In this document: positions 47,401 to 55,595 of the stretch, piece by piece
How positions within the stretch are numbered: position 1 is the first letter of the stretch
How the letters are laid out: each line of letters opens with the position of its first letter
Virus record (IMG/VR): IMGVR_UViG_3300027733_000032
Length of the DNA: 64,000 bases
Reading direction: 5' to 3' (one strand)
Source of the DNA: a virus
Program-made: the position numbers and the translations under genes
Notes under the pieces: model-generated
Seen by the model: the letters and a program-made list of their open reading frames with translations, nothing else
The model's database searches: none
Told to the model about the DNA's origin: nothing

Positions 47401-50400
47401 ACGGAAACCTCGCGTCGATGAAAATGGCCGTCCCCAACAACTCCTTGGTGCTGGTATGGCATCTCGTCGCGATAGTAAACTTGCAGAATCTGACAAGCCC
47501 AAGAAATTTGGATTTGGTAAAAAATCAAAAATCAAACAGGGCGTCGAATCCGACGATGAGAGGCGCAAGCGCATTCTTGAAATGTCAAAGGGAGACCCTC
47601 GCACTTCTCCTGGCGTAAGAAAAGCCAATTATCAAACATATGACGGCAAGGATGTTTACGCAGTAGACAACATGGATGATGCAATTGCACTCTTAGTTGC
47701 CGGACATCATGTTGACCTGTCTGACTCCCATGACGAGGGTGACCTTTGGGGAGAATTTAAGTCCTTTAAGAAATGGCTCAAAGGCGTAGACAAGGCCGCT
47801 GCCAAGAAAATGAGTTTCAACCTTTGTTCCGTGCATAAAGAAGGAGCAAACATTTTCTGTGGAAAGCACAAGGGCATTATTCGTGACGATATGCCGCAAG
47901 TTGGTGGAACCGTGACTGACCCCAACGCCCCTGCAATAAGGCTCTGGGTTGGTGGCCATGTTCATGGCAACTCCTTTGACTCCTACAACGGCGCAAACAC
48001 CCCAGACTGGGTGAAGCAGGGGCTATTGTCCGAACAGACAGACCCAGAACTTTTCAAGCGAGCCAAGGCTGAGTCTGACAGATTAGAAAACGTATATCGC
48101 GCCCTCGGTAGTCGCTACTACCCAGGAAACACGGTTGACCCATTGACAGAGGCTGAGAAACAAGAATTCTTCTCATTGACCGACATCCGCAAGGTTGAGC
48201 CGGACATGATTGACAATTTTGTTGATGTTCTTAGGGCAAACGGCGTTAACGTCAGCGAACCAGAAGACCGCGACCCCATGACTCTGCGCGCAACACAAAA
48301 TGAACTTGTTGCTGGAACAGTTCTTGGACTATCAGACGCAATTACTAGTTACGAAGACATGTTGCAAATTGGTCAACGACCAGATGGCACGCCATTCACT
48401 CAACAAGATTATGACAGAGTTCGGATGCTTGGGCCAATACTTGTCACAAAAGACGGTTATATTCTAGATGGCCATCATCGCGTATTCGGAAAAGTAGCGG
48501 CAAACTTTGACCGAGAAGATAACGACCAACTTGCGCAAAAAGTTCGTGTTGTTGATATGCCACTAGAAGCACTTTTGTCGTTTACTCGTGCCTATGGAGA
48601 GCACATTGGAATTGCCGCAGCAAGTGGGCAAAGCACGGAACGACGTACTCTTCCAGATGACATCAAGACCCCACTTGACATCATTCCAGCAGCAGCGGGG
48701 GATTTGGAAAAACTAAACGCCGAATTCACAGACAACCTAGATGACAAAGTTAAAGCCCTCGAAGAACGTGATGGACATCCATTCTTTAAGCCTGAATCAC
48801 CAGGATTTGAACAGGGTGAATCGTATAGGCAGTCAATGCAATTTGTTGAGCGTCGCGTATTGACTGACAAGCAACCAGGAGAACGTTCATCTCCGTCGCG
48901 CGTTCCTTCATCTGGAGGAATGGCGTCGCGTCGCTCGGGCATTACGACGCCAGGAGGACGAGACAGCGTTGGTGCAAATAGGGTAGATACATCAAGCGCA
49001 GTGCAGCCCAATGCCAGAAAGATGCATGAGGATGCTGTCAGTAAAACAATGGATGCCCTGGACGGAGTGAACCTCGATGGTTTGAGCGAAAGTGAACTCC
49101 AATCACGATTTGGTGTTGCGCGAAGTGGAGAAAAGTCTTTAATTGATAGCAGGGACATCTACCATACGACAGATGGTGCTACGGCAATCGCAATGCTCGC
49201 ACGTGGGTACAACGTCGAAGTAGATAATGATGGTCTTGCAGCAGAAGTATCCGACAGTCAAGCAGCATTCAGGAAAATGATTGAAGCAAATGTTAAAAAA
49301 CTTGAAAATCTTTCTGCTGACGAAAGAAACGCACTACTCGATGAACTTACCGTAGATTTATGCAAACTATATGTTGCTGGCAAAAATGTCATGTGTGGAG
49401 AAAATATCGGCATTGATAGGGAACAGATGCCACAATTGTCGGGCCGCACACTGGGTGACGATACGCTAGCGATGCGTGCCGCAAAAGATGGACACATCCC
49501 TATGAAATGGGCGGCTATCGATGAAAAGAACCTTCCGCCAGAGGAATTGGCAAGATTTAAAGAATTAGAAGCAAAACATGTAGCACCAGGCAGGGATGAA
49601 ACATTTGGTCCTGGTGAAAAAGAAGAGTTCTACAGTCTTGTCGACTGGAATAATAGCGAGGCTGATGTTGTAAAAGAATTTGAAAAGAGTCTTGAATCAT
49701 CGTTAAAGCCTGTAGACAAGGATGGCAACCCTACTTCGGCAGTTATTCTAAAAACAGCCAGGCCAGAATCGTATAAAGCATCACAACGTCAATTGGTTGG
49801 TCATAAGACTGACGAAATGCGTGATGGTATTCGAGAAAATTTAACAAAATTTGATTCACACGCCGAATCACTCGGACTCAAAAAAGGTACACCAGAATAT
49901 AAAGAAATGCGTGCGAAGTGGCTTGCTGGGGAATATAAATTTGCTGACAGCAATGGGGTAAAAGTCAAAGCATGGTGGACTGACCCATTACTTGCAACAC
50001 GCGATGGATACGTACTGGACGGCCATCATAGGTGGGCGGCAATTAAGTTAATTAATGACGAACTTCCAGAAGATGAGAAACTTAGCCTTCGATGGAAGGA
50101 AGTACAAACAAACGTTGTCGAAGCCCTCACTTTAGGAAAAGCATTCCAGGATAAGTGGGGAATTAAAGAGGCGAAACTTAAAGGCGAACGTCAATTTGTT
50201 AAAAATGATGAAGTCCCAGGAATTGAGTTGGGTGAAATAGTCAAAGAGATGGATGAATATCACTCCAAATTGACAGACACGTTGGATGAATTACATAGCA
50301 ATAATCAATTCATTCGTAAACAATCTCTTGGTGCACGAAAGAATCCAAAAGTTGCCGCAGCACAGGTGGAGGCAGGCAAACGTGGCGAAGAGTGGGCCGC

Positions 50401-51706
50401 TCGACAGAGTGGGGTGAGTGGCGGAAAAGTACGCGTACCTCGTGAAAAACTTGAAGAAATACGTGGCGGAAAACTTGAAGAAGTGAGTGGTGAACCTCAA
50501 GGAATGCGTTCTCTTTCGCGTCCTTATCGCGACACGAGTGACGAAGAACTAAAAACCCAGTACGACAAGTATTTGCGCTACTTGGGTGGCCCTGGAGATA
50601 AGGGAGACGGCGACCTTACCTATATGCGACGGGCTAAAGAGTTTGATAAAATTAAAAAAGAAGTTGCTCGACGTAGGGAAGATGCTGGAGTAGATGGCGG
50701 TGGTCGCGGTTCTCTTTTACGTCCTTATCGCAATACGAGTGATGAAGAATTAAAAGCAATATACGAAAAATATTTACGTTACTTGGGAGGCCCTGGAGAC
50801 AAGGGTGACAGTGATTTTACCTACATGCGACGTTCAAAAGAGTTCGATAAAATTAAAAAAGAAGTTGCTCGGCGTGAGGAATATGCTAAAAAACCAAGCA
50901 GGGGAATGCGGTCCTCTGTTGGCAAGAATGTGCGCGTCCGTGCTGGCGAGGGCGGCGTCCCCGAGAAAGTATCCTCAGGCCAGCCCGATACTCCCGAAGT
51001 AAAGACGCCACCAAAAATTGAGAGAACTCACAAGGGTGTAGATATACCTGAATTTATCGACGAAATGCCAGCCGAAGGTCAATATAGCGACGAGGTTGTT
51101 GAAAAAGCAGTTGAACTACATGACAAAGTCAAAAAAGTTGAACCAGAACTTACTGACAATTTGATTGACATGGCCGCCGAAGGTGGCGGAGAGATGGAAG
51201 GTCTTGAATTCAGGTTTAAGGCAACTAAAGGAAACGCAAAGAAGATAACTAATATTTCGCGAGATAGCGGCATATCGGTAGAAGAGGCACAACTGCAGGT
51301 TCCCGACGCGGTCAGATACACAATGACATTTCCTGAAGAAGAATATGTTGGCGGAGCAGAAAACGTAATTAGTCGTCTTGAGGGAATAGGGCATGAAGTA
51401 CAAGTTAAAAACTACTGGGACGAAGGCGATGGATATCAAGGAATTAACATCGTAGTAAAACACCCTGATGGTTTCTTGTACGAGTTGCAACTACACACGC
51501 CTGAATCGTTTAAAGTTAAGCAAGCAGCACACGATGCTTATGACGAGTATCAAAAAGAAAAAGATGATGTCATTCGTTTGGAGTTATTCCGAAGAATGGC
51601 TGCCGCTGCAGGAGAACTTCCAATGCCCAAGGGTGACGTCAAGGGAATAGGCAACCTAGCCAGGAAGAACTTTCAGACTTGGGCACAACAACAGGGAGGC
51701 AAGTAA
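41417..51706 (+). CDS. giant modular protein B (zincin HExxH, degenerate VIP2-like ART, DUF3626-like, KTSC, two ParB-like, C-terminal RelA/SpoT-like)
   Basis: GGAG SD before ATG 41417; HELGH 43100; LDGHHR twice; D-x-x-RY...YQGIN...ELQLHT. Confidence 0.8.
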   Translation: MAGKGIPHRYSIKRSNTLHERNIDEVALYFKELQTYAAAQPYLNPFLSIKALSPDAKASNATAKPESKRTSADEDEQKLKIEFNPKATRKPGQVLKLHVTYDEMKSKEGAKFGWIDPAKMPSKEEIKASKEEFKKTIASRPTAVFREYERGLDGNPTPRLLSEVRYKGLGQTIGQMQPEQRVGNAAAAALGVVFDAAGKMRCPPGTPNANQFTDENMSNCFVFSPLTVAREILRVGRRLAERLDGSGGATSRQDLRFDTAYDAEAFRKAERVKGVYTKAERMREKWGARTSAIENMFTKHGIDMDDSIGAANGDHIHALANEYSFSKIAKIYSDADPDFTFFDPSNGEEITDDIWNSFDSAKKAEVASYNAKRYDESLRQEITEMVPESIREAARNGDADAQKALDEYVERTREIHHKTQRGMLGSLLQYKDEMGDRQDAFGGFSSHGISGKDLVTTEAMALPNMDENGMPAVTITINPMSVAVRGRMPYEKNGSLFLEIESDVSLSEAEKQTEILRVMREITDAQEFVNLVGYANEQSAARGVADLGVSSEEMKGAHVMWHELGHVQQYNVARNKIYDFYDKNGFFPVVIDGKLEKLETPPAAWSNGTWASAMDSMMGATADRGGPFAKTGAMGFPPFGTDEFEDSFLHFVSGNYYQDKVQGALGVLGLPEEGAHRQLALMEGTTELFALEKLGVIEGPEVRQFTSWMDPVDPAPVPSLPPGAPPEVPDVPGPDVPEIPTAPPTTPSPPPGTTIIDNSTTINIVINGPINIHVGGTAPDWDEGAIEPPIPPRKTVDLKWEDITPMILADKDSQWTASPSSGADIGQNKDMQKLWLDSVFGMGPEEGGFVPEQGELPRIDKDAYWKLSPQQMDTRYEFLRGEADALILKSETESLNKDEQAKLWLATKGMQQILDMNGKKAALADAKREEYLRDGFDPTPGKYLRQVDSPLKPQQKGFRKLATKRAEERGYDVVEIDDDELSHWAREISDHAGTASDSGADAFSGADRPYKRGEVRNNPSFNTKKNLERNPNYEPSNEPPTPDTDSAGYVGSKLDEIKSRSTPEQRAILDSSETVEKRESVEALMDSSDPSKLSGMLSRSAEKRQAAKTGGEIKRSTPSESGDIIDDDFESGVVPFLDLIETSKFDDDVKLVTSMQIPKNGISDGDTIDHTKIMRGKVVDFDTSDGFDFSQPEANRRVVIEMPKGSRGVPSKNAHNGDTDDYLLPPGSLSVVRVDPDGTIFATPLEQHGKKEILDDMEKNLNGIELGADSLEELERRTLLSSISKERSKVVPEKRTTRGLSSSGPRAARQSARNQAIVDGFDKNGSSIYGTDTRIGMSPETLARMEGESNDKFRKALGLDRSVEIPKRDQRVESSVAKLGGLLSGKAEPSNQEEFEFVNSLSPELKDLFTSLDASEIKSIVDDELFDYHQQFDDRVRISLHPEEFKEFLKTGKLKNITETKPNSASASMLKEFEGKLGMSENLPDGARSHSGFMVHKTHTDEIADYLNELPGNGISRNPHFFSETDDVNPSGKSRAGGKVIDLVLAPEVAQRAVYGRGDVTGGEVLPTPVLSTNRAEVGSAFVNLSDVSESSELDGMKQIAEVLESSITGNKTGLGGGHGVPTSVKSRNPGFAHEALVAGGVTIADAEQIRIPVEALDMEDVTVSFDGVELDNVRQQLSQAGLTNSEIDDVIDKIGAGIAPYALPEIERMRQGMASEKMSEELSLVPNHSMTLVPTNPDGVDVLNPDPLPGEPTTNKEMRDAWRKRYAVESQLKSIKDLAKHEKETKGKIEPRMSAKSPSGESRVSQRRQGIRYSEDGYKSIYENGIDDFVSEAVDTVEYNPKTRELRVLFKGQSDPYHFLDVDPDDLEDFGDEFEPIGNKIDRIKRTNNRTVRGPDGSVIRWDGKEWSYEDAGMSSKKPSVPFDGDISDKTPDDIAFDSDIDEIISPSSTSRIGMFIPQERATDSDIFDTDEIKKRIEGMSARLGEMNPRDMDRRKPRVDENGRPQQLLGAGMASRRDSKLAESDKPKKFGFGKKSKIKQGVESDDERRKRILEMSKGDPRTSPGVRKANYQTYDGKDVYAVDNMDDAIALLVAGHHVDLSDSHDEGDLWGEFKSFKKWLKGVDKAAAKKMSFNLCSVHKEGANIFCGKHKGIIRDDMPQVGGTVTDPNAPAIRLWVGGHVHGNSFDSYNGANTPDWVKQGLLSEQTDPELFKRAKAESDRLENVYRALGSRYYPGNTVDPLTEAEKQEFFSLTDIRKVEPDMIDNFVDVLRANGVNVSEPEDRDPMTLRATQNELVAGTVLGLSDAITSYEDMLQIGQRPDGTPFTQQDYDRVRMLGPILVTKDGYILDGHHRVFGKVAANFDREDNDQLAQKVRVVDMPLEALLSFTRAYGEHIGIAAASGQSTERRTLPDDIKTPLDIIPAAAGDLEKLNAEFTDNLDDKVKALEERDGHPFFKPESPGFEQGESYRQSMQFVERRVLTDKQPGERSSPSRVPSSGGMASRRSGITTPGGRDSVGANRVDTSSAVQPNARKMHEDAVSKTMDALDGVNLDGLSESELQSRFGVARSGEKSLIDSRDIYHTTDGATAIAMLARGYNVEVDNDGLAAEVSDSQAAFRKMIEANVKKLENLSADERNALLDELTVDLCKLYVAGKNVMCGENIGIDREQMPQLSGRTLGDDTLAMRAAKDGHIPMKWAAIDEKNLPPEELARFKELEAKHVAPGRDETFGPGEKEEFYSLVDWNNSEADVVKEFEKSLESSLKPVDKDGNPTSAVILKTARPESYKASQRQLVGHKTDEMRDGIRENLTKFDSHAESLGLKKGTPEYKEMRAKWLAGEYKFADSNGVKVKAWWTDPLLATRDGYVLDGHHRWAAIKLINDELPEDEKLSLRWKEVQTNVVEALTLGKAFQDKWGIKEAKLKGERQFVKNDEVPGIELGEIVKEMDEYHSKLTDTLDELHSNNQFIRKQSLGARKNPKVAAAQVEAGKRGEEWAARQSGVSGGKVRVPREKLEEIRGGKLEEVSGEPQGMRSLSRPYRDTSDEELKTQYDKYLRYLGGPGDKGDGDLTYMRRAKEFDKIKKEVARRREDAGVDGGGRGSLLRPYRNTSDEELKAIYEKYLRYLGGPGDKGDSDFTYMRRSKEFDKIKKEVARREEYAKKPSRGMRSSVGKNVRVRAGEGGVPEKVSSGQPDTPEVKTPPKIERTHKGVDIPEFIDEMPAEGQYSDEVVEKAVELHDKVKKVEPELTDNLIDMAAEGGGEMEGLEFRFKATKGNAKKITNISRDSGISVEEAQLQVPDAVRYTMTFPEEEYVGGAENVISRLEGIGHEVQVKNYWDEGDGYQGINIVVKHPDGFLYELQLHTPESFKVKQAAHDAYDEYQKEKDDVIRLELFRRMAAAAGELPMPKGDVKGIGNLARKNFQTWAQQQGGK
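50501..50880 (+). repeat. 55-aa module copies 2 and 3 in tandem
   Basis: Differences from copy 1 are mostly at third codon positions. Confidence 0.92.
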
Positions 51707-51990
51707 TGAAAATGATTTCATCCGATACCCCTGAATCAACTAGGTACTTCTTTCATGTGCTCAACAATGGGAAGGTTATTGGCCTATTTCGCCTTTATCT
51801 CAACCTGGACTACCCGAAGAAAGGCTCCAAGGGGATTGAGGAAGTTGAATGGAGAAAAGATGAGTGGCTCGCCACCACCGACCTTACTGGTTTTATGATT
51901 AACGGCTCCCATGAAATAATGGAAGTCGACGAGGAAATAGCACGTTCAAAGTTTCCAAAAGCATTTGATGAAAATGAAGGCACAAAGTGA
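51706..51990 (+). CDS. small protein coupled to the RelA/SpoT domain, candidate immunity protein (94 aa)
   Basis: TAATG stop/start overlap, GGAGG SD. Confidence 0.55.
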   Translation: MKMISSDTPESTRYFFHVLNNGKVIGLFRLYLNLDYPKKGSKGIEEVEWRKDEWLATTDLTGFMINGSHEIMEVDEEIARSKFPKAFDENEGTK

Positions 51991-54900
51991 AATTGCGTGC
52001 AGTTTTAGTAGGAACTTTTTACGACAGCAAGTTGTATTACTTACTCGACCCCGTTGGTGAGAAAAATTCAACTGGTGCTCTCGTTGATAAAAAGGGAAAT
52101 GTTGAGTACGTTAAATTCTTTCATTTCATTAAATCTAACCCCAATGTCAAAGAATTAAAATTCAGCAAATTTCATCGTTTCCTCTGGAATGCCCCCAGTC
52201 CTGAAGATAAGCCCAAGTGGATGCGTACGTTCATTAATGGCACCCAGCCAGTCGGCGAAGAAATGTTGCAGGGTGCAAAGATAATCACCGAACTCTCTCC
52301 TGTTGTTGAGAAAAAACAAGACATAGGAGAAAGGGCTCTTCAGTTTAAGTCAATGAATGCATCACAAAACGCATCACGAATACAGGGTTCTGTACTTGCT
52401 AGAAGCGTTAAGTCCATTAGAGAAAAATATGGATTTAAGGGTATTGGAATGTCAATAGGAAACAAGCCAGCCATAGATGGTGATGGTGATGGATTTGTAG
52501 ATGACGGGCTTCCAACAATGAGGCCATTCATCCCTGGCTTCGACTTTGTCTTAGATGCCGCCGGGAACATTCGGGAGACCAAACCTACGAATCAGATTAC
52601 AAAACCCGTAACTCGTGGCGGGATGAGAAGTGGTGTCGTGACAAGACCACAGACACTCGAAGATAGGCTTGCTCCAATTTCAGAACAGGAAATGCGAGAT
52701 AGTTTTAGAAAAATTCGCTCATATGTTGAGATGAAATTCAACGATGGTGTCCCTTTTTCAAAAAAAGGCGAGGCATTAGCAATACTTAAAAAAACTATTC
52801 CGTCTTTTGCCTCTGGCGAATCATACATTGAGTTTTTAAATAATTTGCCGAATGATGATGATGTTATCCCTGATTGGGCAAGGCGATACCTGGATTCCTT
52901 CCTACTCTCAATAGATGCCCAACCAATGTCTGCTCAATTTAATTATCATATGAGAAGAGCAGCGGATAGTAAGAGTTACGAAGGTGCAGTCGGCACTAGG
53001 CCCGGAACCAATGATTATGTCATGGTCGACCCAGTAGGGGAAAAGTACGCTCCAACACGAACAAGGCAGCCCCTTATTGTTTTTTGGTACAAAGAAGCAG
53101 TTGCAGTAACGCCAGCAGTATCGGTTACTGCCGATAAAAGAATGGCTCCATTCTTAGTAAGCCATGCAATTTCTGCAAACGCAATGAATGAGCAACTCTT
53201 GAATGCCGGGATAACTAAGCGCCAACTAGAAGATTTGAACAATCTAGATAGGGTTGATGCAACACTTGTGAGTATTATTACTTCACTAAATGAAATAATT
53301 CAACAAAATCCAACTGCGAGAGTTAATGATGCTGAAAAAATATCACAAAACCTAGTTAATGCCATTGAGGCTTTTGTAGATGTAAAAATATCTAATTCAG
53401 TCATAGACCCTAAAACTAATTTTTTTCTTGAAACTCCAAAAATTCCAGCAGTAACTTTCAAAGACTCCAAAGATAGAGAAAAGCCTTTTATACAAAGCAA
53501 TATTTTGCGACAACTCGTAGACAAAATTGTAAAATCCAATAACAATCCTTTGCTTTCAGACTTGCTAACAAGTGCCCAGGATGCGAGTTTGTCGGCTCAG
53601 CGAACAATTTCTAGTGACAACACTCTTAGAAAAACTCAAAGAAAACTATCATCCATCATGGAAGATGCGCGAGTTTTAACGACCGGCATGATTGCAGTGC
53701 ATGAATCAAATCACATGCTACAAAATATTCAAGCATATATTGATGTGCAAAATGAAGCATCTATTCTGAGAAAAAAATTAATAGACGAACGCATTAATGC
53801 AGCAAACAAATTGCAGATTCCAATAACTCCCGAGATACTCGCAGCAATAGAAGATGAAATAAAAGTAGAAAATTTATATCAAGATTTATTTGTTGAAAAA
53901 GCAGTAAAACTTGCTAAGAGCGATATTGATTTAGCAAAGAGTCGACTCCTTCATGCTGATTTGGCGCGTGTCGACGCAATTTCCTTAAACTTAGAACGCG
54001 ATAAAAAGTCTCCTGAATATAAAAAAACTCCGGACGAAGCACCCGCTCATTATGGATGGAGAAATACGGATGCCGTAGTTGATGCCACGAATCAAATGAT
54101 ATTGAAGTGGGCTGAATTCAATAATCAGGGTGATTCTTCTTTGTCTGACAAGCAAAAATTAGCAAAACAAGCAATAGTAGATTTTCTAAAACAACCACTA
54201 TTTGATGGAACTAATGAGATAAAAATTGGAGAAGGGATTGCTCGTATACTAAATCAATTGGACGCTATCTACGTTGGCGACCTGTCTACTGCGTTTGCAA
54301 ACAATGGGCCTAGATTTGTATCGGGAGAAAATCTTAATATTGGAATGGTCGCAATACTCCTTAATTCAGCACTGATTGAAGATGCTCAGCGAAGAAATAT
54401 CTTTAGTGGATTGAAATTGCGCAATTATTCAGCACTTCTTAATGAAGTTGGATTTCCTGATTTCGCTATTATGGACATGAATGGCGATGGAGTGAAGATA
54501 CAGGGACTCGATATTAATGAGTCAAGGAAACTATCTGCTGCAATCATGAATATGAATAGACTTGCCCTGTCAATTCCTACCGACCCAACAAACGGCATGG
54601 TATCTCCGTCACTGAGCGTGAGAGCAACAACTGCGTTGAGGGCATTTCCTGACGATGCAATGCTGCCATGGCCATTTTCAAATTTGACCAAAACTGAATT
54701 CCTAGCACTACCGGATGATACTTTCATTAAAGGATATGAAAAATTAATTGATACATCATTAAAGGCACTTTTGGGCGTCGCAAGACCACAAGATATAGGC
54801 ACGTTCCTTGAAGATTCATTAATATCAATGAATTGGTGGGACAAACTGTCAAAAGAAGAAATAGAACTACTTCTTGAAGTGGGAAAACGAATTGGTGAAC

Positions 54901-55199
54901 CGAGCATCAAGACGGGCAGGTCGGGTACGGGTTATGCCCCATATATGGGACACCTCACTCCTCAGCATTTACCAATGTTGGCCATCCATCCACAATTTTC
55001 TGAATTTACGGCAGAATTTGCCGTTGCCGAACTATTTGGTGTTGCTTTATCGCAAATAGACATATCTATATCACCAGATGGTAAAAAATCTGCCACTACG
55101 CGAGCATTGTCGGATAATGAGATAGCGGCAATAATGAAATTTATGAGATGGATGTATCCAAATCAAATGTTGGGCGAAAAAATGGAGACAATGCAGTGA
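51987..55199 (+). CDS. large modular protein C with DxDxDG tag and HExxH (HESNH) motif
   Basis: GTGA overlap; IDGDGDGFVDDG-x-x-x-x-RP; GGMRS; HESNH at 53700. Confidence 0.75.
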   Translation: MKLRAVLVGTFYDSKLYYLLDPVGEKNSTGALVDKKGNVEYVKFFHFIKSNPNVKELKFSKFHRFLWNAPSPEDKPKWMRTFINGTQPVGEEMLQGAKIITELSPVVEKKQDIGERALQFKSMNASQNASRIQGSVLARSVKSIREKYGFKGIGMSIGNKPAIDGDGDGFVDDGLPTMRPFIPGFDFVLDAAGNIRETKPTNQITKPVTRGGMRSGVVTRPQTLEDRLAPISEQEMRDSFRKIRSYVEMKFNDGVPFSKKGEALAILKKTIPSFASGESYIEFLNNLPNDDDVIPDWARRYLDSFLLSIDAQPMSAQFNYHMRRAADSKSYEGAVGTRPGTNDYVMVDPVGEKYAPTRTRQPLIVFWYKEAVAVTPAVSVTADKRMAPFLVSHAISANAMNEQLLNAGITKRQLEDLNNLDRVDATLVSIITSLNEIIQQNPTARVNDAEKISQNLVNAIEAFVDVKISNSVIDPKTNFFLETPKIPAVTFKDSKDREKPFIQSNILRQLVDKIVKSNNNPLLSDLLTSAQDASLSAQRTISSDNTLRKTQRKLSSIMEDARVLTTGMIAVHESNHMLQNIQAYIDVQNEASILRKKLIDERINAANKLQIPITPEILAAIEDEIKVENLYQDLFVEKAVKLAKSDIDLAKSRLLHADLARVDAISLNLERDKKSPEYKKTPDEAPAHYGWRNTDAVVDATNQMILKWAEFNNQGDSSLSDKQKLAKQAIVDFLKQPLFDGTNEIKIGEGIARILNQLDAIYVGDLSTAFANNGPRFVSGENLNIGMVAILLNSALIEDAQRRNIFSGLKLRNYSALLNEVGFPDFAIMDMNGDGVKIQGLDINESRKLSAAIMNMNRLALSIPTDPTNGMVSPSLSVRATTALRAFPDDAMLPWPFSNLTKTEFLALPDDTFIKGYEKLIDTSLKALLGVARPQDIGTFLEDSLISMNWWDKLSKEEIELLLEVGKRIGEPSIKTGRSGTGYAPYMGHLTPQHLPMLAIHPQFSEFTAEFAVAELFGVALSQIDISISPDGKKSATTRALSDNEIAAIMKFMRWMYPNQMLGEKMETMQ

Positions 55200-55582
55200 T
55201 TTACATAGAAAATGATAATCAAATAAAGTGGGAGAATTTTGTTAATAAAATGTTTGGAGTGTTTCCAGTCAACCTCACCAACACTGGTAATCTATCAATC
55301 GACCAGGCAATTGGGTTTATGCAAAAACAACAATATGGAGTTGACACCTACGCCGACATGAGAATGACCAAGGGCGAAGAATTCTTTGGAATTGACAATA
55401 CTGGCCGAGGCAACATTATTCGTGATAGCGAATATATGAGTTACCTACTTCTAAAATACGGTATGATTAATATTGCTCCAGAAAATAGACAGCAGTATTG
55501 GTCGACACCCGAGGGCAAAGAGGTTTTTCGTTCCATAACAAACGAACTTGCCGACAAAATGCTTGTCCCTTTTGAACTATAA
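55196..55582 (+). CDS. small protein coupled to protein C, candidate immunity protein (128 aa)
   Basis: GTGA overlap with the protein C stop, GGAG SD, AT-rich like the C-terminal part of C. Confidence 0.5.
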   Translation: MIYIENDNQIKWENFVNKMFGVFPVNLTNTGNLSIDQAIGFMQKQQYGVDTYADMRMTKGEEFFGIDNTGRGNIIRDSEYMSYLLLKYGMINIAPENRQQYWSTPEGKEVFRSITNELADKMLVPFEL

Positions 55583-55595
55583 TCATATATAACGA

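Noticed and set aside
31768-50880. The ~165-bp repeats as a DGR template/variable repeat or CRISPR array
   Set aside because: Differences are mostly synonymous rather than adenine-specific, no reverse transcriptase is in the window, and there is no repeat-spacer periodicity.
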